A stretch of DNA of 64,000 nt from the sequence record LC727701.1; one strand, written 5' to 3'. Made by a program: the position numbers and the translations under genes. Below the pieces are notes generated by a model that did not search any database, was not told the origin of the DNA, and saw only the letters and a list, made by a program, of their open reading frames with translations. Below are positions 17,419 to 34,537 of the stretch, piece after piece; the stretch's first letter is position 1, and every line of letters starts with the position of its first letter.

Positions 17419-17538
17419 ATGAATAAACCAGCGCCCGAGGGTACTGTCAAAGAACTGACCCAGGAATAAAAGATGGGACTCTTCGGAGACTCCATCCCAA
17501 TGTATCTTGGAAAGGATGCATTGGGATGTACATAATCC
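17419..17538 (+). promoter_or_regulatory. 16-aa uORF plus overlapping hairpins (leader of phiKZ014-like gene)
   Basis: MNKPAPEGTVKELTQE* 17419-17469; UUCG hairpin 17472-17496; 15-bp hairpin 17493-17528. Confidence 0.55.
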
Positions 17539-17566
17539 AAATTAATCGTAAAAAGGAAAATACACC

Positions 17567-18679
17567 ATGAAACAATATCGTGAACCCGTAACCCGTCTGA
17601 CCAAAGAAAAACTGGAATGGGTTATCAGCCGTCGTAAAGAAAGAAAGGCCGAACAACCTTTCGGTCGTGCCCATTTCCCTGCCGGTACTCGTGCTATCTT
17701 CGAATCCTGCTCCCTTCGTTACCTGGATGAGAATGAACGTGTGTATCCTGGACAGCGCTACGAGACATTCGAAGCTACTGTTCTCGGCGTTGTGGCCAAT
17801 GGTCATAACAGTTATGTCGCTATTCTGGACATGCCCTGTGATCTTACTGAAAGCCGTAACAAGGCAATCAACGTCAGTTGGTGCCGTGGTATTGTATCGC
17901 GCGGTGAAGGTAATTTCACCTGGTTCAAAGAAGAGTCAACCGAGTATGATCGCAATCATGGTTGGAACATCCGTGAGAAACATCCGACTGTTCGTTGGGC
18001 AGAAGGTCCTCGTCCTACTAAAGTACGTAGCCTTACCTGGGCAGAGGAATTCGATTATAACCGCGCAGTAGATCCGGTATACATCGAAATCAACAAACAT
18101 CACAGTCAGTACTATATCACTGACATGCGTTCGTTTGTGATGTTCACTCTTCGGGAACATCCTGCTTATGCAAACTCGTTTAAAGATCATCTGCACAAAC
18201 TGGACAAGCTAGTCATGGCGCTGTACTCCGATCCGACTATCAAAGCAGCTGAAGTAAAGCTGTCTCGCTACTCTGTTAGCTGGTTGATCAGCAAGAAGAA
18301 GTTCCATAAAGTCCTGCAACGCCTGCTTCCGTTCTACAAGACTTCTCGTCGTAAGGCGCAAGAAGAAGACGATAAAGCAATTAGCGAGATGTATGAGGCT
18401 GAACTGGACCGTGACCTCAGTGAACAGTATGGTGAGTCTGATGATACCTCGGATGAATCAAGCTATTCATGGAATGACATCACGCCCCTGGATGATGATG
18501 ATCTGAATGTGTTTGATATGTACGACGACTCGGCATGCTCGCGTGAAATCAGTGATGATGTTCAACCCAAAACTATTGGTGAACTCCTGCGTGAAGCAAT
18601 GGAGAACCCTGAAGAAGAGAAATCCAAATTAGTTATTGGAAGTATGGAAACTCTTTCTAAAGCGGTTATCATCAAATAG
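17567..18679 (+). CDS. phiKZ014-like early ribosome-associated factor
   Basis: 370 aa, basic N-domain, very acidic C-tail; size and position match phiKZ014 as recalled. Confidence 0.7.
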   Translation: MKQYREPVTRLTKEKLEWVISRRKERKAEQPFGRAHFPAGTRAIFESCSLRYLDENERVYPGQRYETFEATVLGVVANGHNSYVAILDMPCDLTESRNKAINVSWCRGIVSRGEGNFTWFKEESTEYDRNHGWNIREKHPTVRWAEGPRPTKVRSLTWAEEFDYNRAVDPVYIEINKHHSQYYITDMRSFVMFTLREHPAYANSFKDHLHKLDKLVMALYSDPTIKAAEVKLSRYSVSWLISKKKFHKVLQRLLPFYKTSRRKAQEEDDKAISEMYEAELDRDLSEQYGESDDTSDESSYSWNDITPLDDDDLNVFDMYDDSACSREISDDVQPKTIGELLREAMENPEEEKSKLVIGSMETLSKAVIIK

Positions 18680-18694
18680 ATTACACGCAATAAT

Positions 18695-18712
18695 GGGAGT
18701 CTTCGGACTCCC
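18695..18712 (+). terminator. Terminator
   Basis: GGGAGTC-TTCG-GACTCCC-TTTT. Confidence 0.85.
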
Positions 18713-18783
18713 TTTTATTTTCTACATCGTAATATTTTTTTATTTAGCAATATATTCATAAACTGTAAAAAGGAAGATATCTC

Positions 18784-19785
18784 ATGATCATCAATGCAAC
18801 CATCACTCGCGCAATGTTGAGTGCTCAAACTACAGAATCATCGCTTCTGTTTATTCTGACACACCTACATGGCAGTCCAGATGCTACTTCGTCGGATATG
18901 AACGACACCAAGCGCATTCTCGCCTCTAACGATCCTCTAAGTACCCTGTGGCAATGTGGTTGCCATTTGGTCGTATCGGAAGACGAACGCTGGTTCATTT
19001 CTCCATTCGGTGATACTGTACGCCTGGCATACCAGCACAAAGTACGTGGTAGCTGGATTACTTTCGGCATAGACCTGTTCGATCCGGAAGAATCCGAATC
19101 GGTACTATTGGCTATCCGTAGGCGGCTCCGCACCGGTTTCCCAGCAGATGAACTTGAAGTTAACTGTGGTATCAAAGGTTACCTCGAAGAAAGTTACGAG
19201 GTCAACGGGACCGGTTTGTGGAGCGTAGGTCGGATCATTCTGGCACTGCATCCCACCAGCCCTTTCCGTTTTGCTGCTCTGGAACGTTTGTACGAGATTG
19301 CTAAGTTCCATAAGAACTACGCTGACATCGTGGATAATGTCGGGATCAATCATGATCGTAATTACCTGAATAACATCGTTGATGGAAAATGGGTGGTCGA
19401 AGAGAAAGATGCTCAAGCTGTATTGAACAGCTACTTCACTTCGATGCTGAAGTTATTCTTCGACCGTGGTTTCTACTATCAGGACACTATCGATGGCGGT
19501 AGGATCGATGTTCGTAGCAATGAAGGATCGTACTACCTCATTGGTGGTAATGCCACTGTAAATACCATCAATATCACTTACCTCAGTGCTAACAAAATAG
19601 AGATTCGTGATGGAGAATGGGAGTTTGCTTGGGACTGCAACAATACCGAATACTTCCCCATTGAAAATCCGGTAGATGCTCTGCTTGGTTTCCACAAGCG
19701 TGTAGGCCAGGAACATATCTACATGGCTTCTGGTCTGGGTACTAGCCTGGAAGACATCCACAAGGTCCAACATACTCTAAAATAA
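18784..19785 (+). CDS. Early hypothetical protein
   Basis: 333 aa, AAGGA RBS. Confidence 0.8.
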   Translation: MIINATITRAMLSAQTTESSLLFILTHLHGSPDATSSDMNDTKRILASNDPLSTLWQCGCHLVVSEDERWFISPFGDTVRLAYQHKVRGSWITFGIDLFDPEESESVLLAIRRRLRTGFPADELEVNCGIKGYLEESYEVNGTGLWSVGRIILALHPTSPFRFAALERLYEIAKFHKNYADIVDNVGINHDRNYLNNIVDGKWVVEEKDAQAVLNSYFTSMLKLFFDRGFYYQDTIDGGRIDVRSNEGSYYLIGGNATVNTINITYLSANKIEIRDGEWEFAWDCNNTEYFPIENPVDALLGFHKRVGQEHIYMASGLGTSLEDIHKVQHTLK

Positions 19786-19797
19786 GGAAAATTAATT

Positions 19798-20277
19798 ATG
19801 TCGTATAGCTTAGGTATTGTCACTCGCAATAAGTCGGCACTGATTGTCACCAATGATTACAAATATGATGAGTTCGTTCTACTAAAACCGACCAGTGGTC
19901 TCAAGGTAGAAGGTCAGTTGGTGCAATTGGTCTGTATCTGTTTCGGTGACAAGGAAAAGCGTTCTCTGACTCACAAGATCATGACCAATGCTGAACAAGC
20001 AGATTACACCAAGGAAGACATCCTGGCTATGATGAAGGAACACGGTGTAGAACTGCGAGTGATCACTGATAAGGCAGTTCATGTATTTCAGTACATTCGT
20101 GATGTGGCTATCCATGGTGTGGTTGATTCCAATAACACCACCTTCTGGTTCGGCGACACGGAACACCGAAAATTGTTTTATCCGTATTGCGGTATTGAAG
20201 GTAAATCTTTTCATCATGCCCATCGTGATAAAGAATTGTGTCGGGTATTTGAGTTTGTCGCTGTAATCAATTGGTAA
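19798..20277 (+). CDS. Early hypothetical protein
   Basis: 159 aa, AAGGA RBS. Confidence 0.75.
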   Translation: MSYSLGIVTRNKSALIVTNDYKYDEFVLLKPTSGLKVEGQLVQLVCICFGDKEKRSLTHKIMTNAEQADYTKEDILAMMKEHGVELRVITDKAVHVFQYIRDVAIHGVVDSNNTTFWFGDTEHRKLFYPYCGIEGKSFHHAHRDKELCRVFEFVAVINW

Positions 20278-20281
20278 CGAT

Positions 20282-20311
20282 ATAAATACCCTCCTTCGGG
20301 AGGGTATTTAT
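20282..20311 (+). terminator. Terminator
   Basis: 13-bp stem, TTCG loop, T tract. Confidence 0.85.
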
Positions 20312-20333
20312 TTTGTGATTAGAGGAATAAAAA

Positions 20334-20477
20334 ATGGTAGGTTATCGTATTATTGCTTTTAATGGTACTCAGTGGGAATCTCCGAGTGGGTACACCATTC
20401 AGCAAGCGGTGAATGAGTTCCTAAAGAAATATGATTTACATGAATTAGATATTCGCAGTATTACCGCATTACACTAA
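20334..20477 (+). CDS. 47-aa small protein (not in ORF track)
   Basis: AGAGGA RBS; MVGYRIIAFNGTQWESPSGYTIQQAVNEFLKKYDLHELDIRSITALH. Confidence 0.65.
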   Translation: MVGYRIIAFNGTQWESPSGYTIQQAVNEFLKKYDLHELDIRSITALH

Positions 20478-20505
20478 ATCCAATTTTAAATAGGAATACG
20501 TATTA

Positions 20506-20898
20506 ATGAATTATAATGCAGAGAAATATGCCGCACTGCTAGTTTCAATTGCAGCAAACATTGACACTGTAAATAAACTCACCAAAGAAATTTTATCGTC
20601 TTCTGATAATAGGGATTTTCTCTATGATGTGCATCAAATGACTGACATGTCCCTCGCCAGTCTTCATACGCATCTAACTAAAGAAGTCGAAAAGTTGGTA
20701 GAAACAATGGATCTAGTTAAAGATGGTCTATATGTCCAGGATGTTGAACTCATTAAGGGTAAGGGAAACTGGCGACATATCGCGGATAATGAACCTACCA
20801 TCAACGCTATTAAAGCACTGCGTAAACACATTGGCGAAATCAGTGCATTAGAAGCTAGAACTGTTGTTAAAGGTTACAAGGCAGGTGTCTTAAAATAA
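20506..20898 (+). CDS. Protein with bL12 (L7/L12) C-terminal-domain-like motif
   Basis: INAIKALRKHIGEISALEARTVVK resembles bL12 I-x-x-IK-x-x-R..G..L-x-EAK-x-x-V. Confidence 0.5.
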   Translation: MNYNAEKYAALLVSIAANIDTVNKLTKEILSSSDNRDFLYDVHQMTDMSLASLHTHLTKEVEKLVETMDLVKDGLYVQDVELIKGKGNWRHIADNEPTINAIKALRKHIGEISALEARTVVKGYKAGVLK

Positions 20899-20960
20899 CA
20901 TCGAATAGTATTAAGTCTATCTTCTAGGAGGTATACTTAATAAATCATGAGGAAAATATA

Positions 20961-21290
20961 ATGTCCAATATGAAAAAATCTAGTTTGAAAGAATTCTTCG
21001 AACATATCACTCAGGCTGATCCATTTAATCCTTATTCCTTCATCTACTCCAGACCTATACAATACATTGGTGAAGATAGCGAGTACGCACTACATGTTAC
21101 GTATGTGCATGGTGCAGCTTACATTGAAGGTCTTGTTGGCCATGAAGGAATCAAAATCAATGTATTCTACAATAAACTCCAAGGTATTCAACTTTGGACA
21201 TACTTTGATAACGAACCTCGTGTTGATTCATGGCCGTATTATCAAGTTGATGCAGCTTTAGAAGAAATCATCCGCCTAACTAAACTATAA
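20961..21290 (+). CDS. Hypothetical protein
   Basis: 109 aa, GAGG RBS. Confidence 0.7.
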   Translation: MSNMKKSSLKEFFEHITQADPFNPYSFIYSRPIQYIGEDSEYALHVTYVHGAAYIEGLVGHEGIKINVFYNKLQGIQLWTYFDNEPRVDSWPYYQVDAALEEIIRLTKL

Positions 21291-21309
21291 ACTCTATTTA
21301 TAAAAATAG

Positions 21310-21528
21310 GTGAAGAAAATGATCTATCTAGGGTGGTTTACTATTATCTTTGTTACAATGAGTCTGTGTCTGTTTTATGTATTTTGTCACCGTAGTATTC
21401 GTGAATCACACCCAGGTGTAATAGAAAAACAGACTACTCGAAAAATTGTTATTTGGGCTGGTATTCTATTGGTACTCGCTTACTTAAATGAAATCAGCCG
21501 AGTTTATATAGAACAGATGGTAACCTAA
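21310..21528 (+). CDS. Two-TM small membrane protein
   Basis: Two hydrophobic segments. Confidence 0.6.
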   Translation: MKKMIYLGWFTIIFVTMSLCLFYVFCHRSIRESHPGVIEKQTTRKIVIWAGILLVLAYLNEISRVYIEQMVT

Positions 21529-21585
21529 ATATTCAATAACTCCGAAATAATCAAAACTATTTAATATATCAAAAGGAATATTTCA

Positions 21586-21852
21586 ATGTTCGAAACTCAA
21601 GTCGCCCTTACTGATGAACTCAAACAGACTTTTGATCAGATGACTCAAGAATTCATCCGTGAAAAAGGTTACATCACTTGTGAATTCTCGATTCAACAAA
21701 AATACCTCGTGGCAGCGCATGACTACGTTTATGTGAAAAACCGCGAGCTGCCTTCGTATGGCATGTGGCGGATCTTCAAATGCGAGACGTGCGTGGGTCA
21801 CAATGCTGATAGTCCTTATCATGTCGTAATCATGGCACTGGAAGATGTATAA
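21586..21852 (+). CDS. Early hypothetical protein
   Basis: 88 aa, AAGGA RBS. Confidence 0.7.
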   Translation: MFETQVALTDELKQTFDQMTQEFIREKGYITCEFSIQQKYLVAAHDYVYVKNRELPSYGMWRIFKCETCVGHNADSPYHVVIMALEDV

Positions 21853-21974
21853 GTGAAAAAGTTCTATCTCTGAGTGACTACACGGTTTATATTCGTGTAA
21901 CTCGTTTGACTAAACCTGCATCTGATACCTAGATCGTAACGATTCGGGACCTTATTGTCGGTTGACGGCATAAA

Positions 21975-21996
21975 GCCCCTATCCGAAGGTAGGGGT
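21975..21996 (+). terminator. Terminator-like hairpin
   Basis: GCCCCTATC-CGAA-GGTAGGGGT. Confidence 0.6.
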
Positions 21997-22026
21997 TGTC
22001 TATTCAATTTTTAACAGGGAATTATA

Positions 22027-22362
22027 ATGGAAGGCTTCAAAGACATCGAGATTTACAGCATGGCGTTCATCGACCATTCGGAAAATGCTTCTCGTGTAGT
22101 GGTTGCACAGATCACTACTCTGGATGATCGTACTGTTTACGGGGTAATGGAGGTCAATGGTTTCGGCGGCCATACCACTACCAACCGGTATCAGTTCGAA
22201 CAGAACCGTCAACACGCTCGTTACTTCTTCACCAAGTCGGTAGCCACTGCTCACGCCGAGGCTTACGTCAAGTACCTGAATGACGACATGGTCGAACAAG
22301 ACTATCTCGATATGAATACCGGCTACAACTACGCCGAATTTATGAACATGGTAAATATCTGA
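22027..22362 (+). CDS. Early hypothetical protein
   Basis: 111 aa. Confidence 0.75.
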   Translation: MEGFKDIEIYSMAFIDHSENASRVVVAQITTLDDRTVYGVMEVNGFGGHTTTNRYQFEQNRQHARYFFTKSVATAHAEAYVKYLNDDMVEQDYLDMNTGYNYAEFMNMVNI

Positions 22363-22369
22363 GGTCATC

Positions 22370-22463
22370 ATGGACAAAAAATTGAAGGAATTCCAAGCAG
22401 TGACTGGAGATTGCAGAAGGCGCCATTGCATTCCGCAACGAAGTAAAAGGTTGGGATGAATAA
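22370..22463 (+). pseudogene. Probable internally deleted/frameshifted mini-gene
   Basis: MDKKLKEFQA.. in one frame; LEIAEGAIAFRNEVKGWDE* in another, ending TAATG-coupled to the next gene. Confidence 0.35.
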
Positions 22464-22900
22464 TGGCGATGCAACATAAAAAGGATGCTGAACTTTACAC
22501 CCACAAAGAGGATGGTGGGATTTACTATTACCATGGCTTGGCTCATGGTACTGGTGACCAACGCGGGGAACTGTTGCACATCTACAGTGATTACTTCACT
22601 GACATGATGTACTACCGTAACCACACCTGGTCAACTCGGATGGAACGTGTTTCTGCTCCAGGTCTTCGCCTGAGCCGTTCCTTGCACCCGCACCTCTGGA
22701 TCACCACTCTGATCGGTTTGATTGTCATTATCATTACTCGGGTTATTTTCGGCACCGAGTTCAATGCAATCACACCCCAAGAGATCGTCGGTACGGCCAT
22801 TGCAGGTGTACTGGCTTTAGGTGTTCCGAGTTTCATCCTGCACCAACTGTACAAATGGAAGTACAAAAAGCCTACTAAAAAGAAGGCCGAGACAGCATAA
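22463..22900 (+). CDS. DUF1653-like small domain fused to two TM helices
   Basis: YTHKEDGGIYYYHGLAH..IYSD..MYYR; two C-terminal hydrophobic helices, Lys-rich tail. Confidence 0.55.
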   Translation: MAMQHKKDAELYTHKEDGGIYYYHGLAHGTGDQRGELLHIYSDYFTDMMYYRNHTWSTRMERVSAPGLRLSRSLHPHLWITTLIGLIVIIITRVIFGTEFNAITPQEIVGTAIAGVLALGVPSFILHQLYKWKYKKPTKKKAETA

Positions 22901-22901
22901 A

Positions 22902-23056
22902 AGGAATTCCTCATTGGCTGCTAAACCAATTGGGTTCCAAATAGTGCATTCGCGACTACACTGTCAGTAGGTGCCGTCCAAGAGAACTGCGGATTAGCTA
23001 TTTACCTATCATGGGTATTTTCGCTAGCAGTATTATAACAATACCGTAAGTTCTGA
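22902..23056 (+). ncRNA. Candidate structured RNA upstream of terminator
   Basis: No ORF; nested stems incl. AGAACT-GCGG..CCGT-A-AGTTCT. Confidence 0.3.
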
Positions 23057-23063
23057 AAAAGAT

Positions 23064-23091
23064 TAGCCCTCCTGTGCAACCAGGAGGGCTA
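23064..23091 (+). terminator. Terminator hairpin
   Basis: TAGCCCTCCTG-N6-CAGGAGGGCTA. Confidence 0.75.
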
Positions 23092-23156
23092 TATGTTGTC
23101 AAGTTTAAGCTTGACATTTTCGCCCAAAATGGGCTTTCTTGCAGAGGAGACTTCGA

Positions 23157-23423
23157 ATGAAAGTCTTTGAAACAAGTTCCAGACCTGATCCAATTTATGG
23201 ATACATGGCTGGTTTAGAAGTAACAGCATTCAATGGTAAGCCACTAGTTTACGGACGAAATGAGCTAATCAAAATTGCTGTATATGATAATAAAACTTTC
23301 CTAGGTTACATTGGCAATGGTCAGCTTGTAAACAAGATTTCCGATGCTAAATGGATTGACGGATCGTCTAACTATCATATTAATTCTGACTCCAGTAATC
23401 TTTTGTTCGCTAGAGTTGCTTAA
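23157..23423 (+). CDS. Hypothetical protein
   Basis: ATG 23157 after GAGGAG; 88 aa. Confidence 0.65.
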   Translation: MKVFETSSRPDPIYGYMAGLEVTAFNGKPLVYGRNELIKIAVYDNKTFLGYIGNGQLVNKISDAKWIDGSSNYHINSDSSNLLFARVA

Positions 23424-23430
23424 CTTCAAA

Positions 23431-23455
23431 TACCCTCTTCATTGCGAAGAGGGTA
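23431..23455. terminator. Bidirectional terminator
   Basis: TACCCTCTTC-N5-GAAGAGGGTA between convergent genes. Confidence 0.75.
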
Positions 23456-23476
23456 ACGTATTATTATTTTTTTTGT

Positions 23477-25630
23477 TTAATACCAACTATTTTTAGAATA
23501 TCTGTTAATACGCACTCTACGTGTACGCTCTGCACGAGCTTGATTTAACATGGCATCAATACCTACACCGCTGCTATCATCAATATTAACACGTTTAGAC
23601 AATTGTTTCAAACGCATTTCTAATTTAGCTGCAATCATCGGGTTCTTTTCACCGCGAAGCTGTTCAATTATCTCTTCAAATTCTTTACGACCTTGCTGTT
23701 CTTTCTCTTCATGATATTTTTCAAGTTGGCTTGGTTCTTTATCACGTAATTTTGATTTACCTAAGATGGGAACATTGATACCATAATAAGATAAATTCTT
23801 ACCTTGTATTAATAACCAGTGGGCTAATAATAATGATACTACTAAGTCGTCATGGTTCCCCTTAGCATGGTCAATTCTACCATTACGGATAGTAAGTGCT
23901 AATAACTCCGTGCTAAGTGGTTTATCATAGATGGTCCTTACCCCATAATGCATTGCTGATGGTAATGCCACCTTAAATAGATTATCACGAGAATACTCAC
24001 CAGTACCTGACGTTGCATAACCAAAATAACGTTTAAACCTATCATAGAACGATGGTTGTCTTGCTGATAGCGGAGTCTGAATGTCTCTGAAATCATTTTC
24101 TCTTTCTGATGATTCATTGACAATTCTGTTAAAGATACGCCGGAATGGATCTACTCCTTTAGTATGTAGAATCAAGATAACATGGTCAATTAACGATATA
24201 CCTATTGATTTACGTTCTGGTATCCAAAGAATATTAGGATATCTCAATAGCATTGTTGCAAAGAAATTACCCATTGATGGCACTGATGATTCATTGTATC
24301 TACCAACACACATAACCTCATGTGTTTCTACATCAACTACAACTGTGCCGGTGGCGTCATTATCTTCACCAAGAAGTTCAGATGGGTCGGTACCCATAAC
24401 GAACCTACCCTTCATCATCCGTGAGGCTACTTCTTCTTTTGGTATATACCAACGAAGTGTGTAACCATCATCCGTGATTTCTGTCCAGCTTGGCTCACGC
24501 ATATTGTTTTTAAGTTTATCTTTCTCATCTGATGATAAGGGTGAACCTTCACCACCAACTGTCCAGATATTGAAGAAGTCCCTATCGGCAATTTCACCGA
24601 ATGAACCTGATTCACGAAGTGTGTTATATAACCACTCATCGGTACGTCCTAATTGACGGTGGTTAAATGCACCATAAACTAGAGGTTTCTTTCCAGTAGT
24701 GCCTTTTTCTACAACACGATGTAGAGTTTTCTGATCTGGTAGATCAAAGAATTCCTCTGACCATGGGCAACCACCTGTTAAGAAGTGATATGCAAATTCA
24801 CCATCACGGGTAGTGATGTTACCAGCTGTAGTTGTATAGATGTTACCATAAGGCTGGTTCTCACGGCGAGCTTCATCACGAGCTGCTGAACCTGACGCAA
24901 GTGCAACAGGTAGTGAAACACCAATTAAGTTAATATAGGCAAGTTCGTCAAAGTGCATATTTGGTACAGTAAGACCACGACCTAATTTATCAGCTGCGTT
25001 AACATCATTTCGACCAACAGCTGTTAAATACCTATTACCTAATCTAATACATGTCATCAATTCGGAGTTATCCGCATCTAATGGATCGGTATAGTGGATA
25101 TACTCTGGTAACAAATCACGCATTACTTTTAGACGCTCGATGTTAGCATTGCGTAGTTTGTTATCTTTAGTAATAAGGTTAATCTTAGTGTTCTCGCCCC
25201 AGATATACATCATGCCTGTATTGAGCACGTCAGTTGATACGGACTTACCTGTCTGACGAGGCTGTAATAAACCAAAATCTACGTGATTGAAATAACACCA
25301 GAATAAAGCAATATTACCACGGTTAGCTTGGAATGGAATTGGGTTATTACCCGAGTTAGGGGGGATTCTTGCCACTTCCCTAAAAAAATACCAAGGATTA
25401 TATTTGCATTCCATGTTAATACGGAACTTCATTTCTTCGCTAAGATTAGGGTCATATGGATCCACCCCAATTAAACCTTGGTCCAATATAGCTAGTATAA
25501 ATTTGTAATTTTTAATACCCATCTTTTTATAAGTTAAAGCTAACTTTATAAAAGATTTATTTTTAGTAGTAAGATCAACACTAGCGCTGTAGTATTTATC
25601 CCAATCACTATTGAAAAGTATAACGTCCAT
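23477..25630 (-). CDS. terL: Terminase large subunit (gp25-like)
   Basis: Walker A PRQTGKS, Walker B MHFDE, nuclease GTDP..D and HDDLVVS. Confidence 0.92.
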   Translation of the reverse strand: MDVILFNSDWDKYYSASVDLTTKNKSFIKLALTYKKMGIKNYKFILAILDQGLIGVDPYDPNLSEEMKFRINMECKYNPWYFFREVARIPPNSGNNPIPFQANRGNIALFWCYFNHVDFGLLQPRQTGKSVSTDVLNTGMMYIWGENTKINLITKDNKLRNANIERLKVMRDLLPEYIHYTDPLDADNSELMTCIRLGNRYLTAVGRNDVNAADKLGRGLTVPNMHFDELAYINLIGVSLPVALASGSAARDEARRENQPYGNIYTTTAGNITTRDGEFAYHFLTGGCPWSEEFFDLPDQKTLHRVVEKGTTGKKPLVYGAFNHRQLGRTDEWLYNTLRESGSFGEIADRDFFNIWTVGGEGSPLSSDEKDKLKNNMREPSWTEITDDGYTLRWYIPKEEVASRMMKGRFVMGTDPSELLGEDNDATGTVVVDVETHEVMCVGRYNESSVPSMGNFFATMLLRYPNILWIPERKSIGISLIDHVILILHTKGVDPFRRIFNRIVNESSERENDFRDIQTPLSARQPSFYDRFKRYFGYATSGTGEYSRDNLFKVALPSAMHYGVRTIYDKPLSTELLALTIRNGRIDHAKGNHDDLVVSLLLAHWLLIQGKNLSYYGINVPILGKSKLRDKEPSQLEKYHEEKEQQGRKEFEEIIEQLRGEKNPMIAAKLEMRLKQLSKRVNIDDSSGVGIDAMLNQARAERTRRVRINRYSKNSWY

Positions 25631-25737
25631 ACACTGCCCTTTAAGGTACTTATTTTAATGTGCCATAATAAAGCCGTATTGAACGGCAATTGTAAAGTAT
25701 AGTCTCATATGGATAATGTGTTAAAAGACGTTATAAA

Positions 25738-25762
25738 GCCCCCTAGGTGGTTCCTAGGGGGC
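25738..25762 (-). terminator. Terminator hairpin
   Basis: GCCCCCTAGG-N5-CCTAGGGGGC. Confidence 0.7.
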
Positions 25763-25769
25763 AGTATAT

Positions 25770-31100
<5,331 letters not shown>

Positions 31101-31224
31101 TACCGCTACTCCTTAAATGGATAGTAAAAAATAACTAGTATGGTCAACTATGATTAATATCTATGATTGACTGTTAGTTAACACTCATAACATCGAGTTC
31201 AAAGCTCCAACTTGGGAGAATTAA

Positions 31225-33315
<2,091 letters not shown>

Positions 33316-33343
33316 GTGGGTGGCTTTCAGAATGAGGAAAAGT

Positions 33344-34227
<884 letters not shown>

Positions 34228-34228
<1 letters not shown>

Positions 34229-34410
34229 TGGCAAAAGTATATCCGATGGTCCCACCTGGGAAGACTCGCAACCAAGATCAGAACTTTGATATCAATGCAT
34301 TCTTTTCTCCCGATGTAGTTGCGGCTGACAATGGTCTGGTTAGTCAACTTCGGCGAAATGCTCAAACTGAAAAGAATGAGCAGACTGTCGGTACTAACCA
34401 AAAAAGCTAA
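34228..34410 (+). CDS. 60-aa protein coupled to tail tube
   Basis: TAATG overlap, ends just before terminator. Confidence 0.6.
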
Positions 34411-34418
34411 AGCATATC

Positions 34419-34436
34419 GCCTCCCTTCGGGGAGGC
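34419..34436 (+). terminator. Terminator
   Basis: GCCTCCC-TTCG-GGGAGGC-TTT. Confidence 0.85.
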
Positions 34437-34476
34437 TTTATGTTGTTAAAAACTATGCTAAAAAATAATTAAGATA

Positions 34477-34484
34477 TATATTAC
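34477..34484 (+). promoter_or_regulatory. Early promoter TATATTAC
   Basis: AAAAATAATTAAGATA-TATATTAC context. Confidence 0.7.
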
Positions 34485-34537
34485 ATGTTTGCTTATTCAA
34501 TAAGTAAAACTAGATTGTAAATTTTAGAGAGGTTAAA

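Noticed and set aside
21853-21970. Possible small gene after 21852
   Set aside because: No start codon or RBS and an in-frame TAG; at best a decayed fragment
23097-23140. Host sigma70 promoter from TTGACA at 23111
   Set aside because: No -10 hexamer at proper spacing; the hexamer is part of a TGTCAAG-N6-CTTGACA palindrome of unknown meaning
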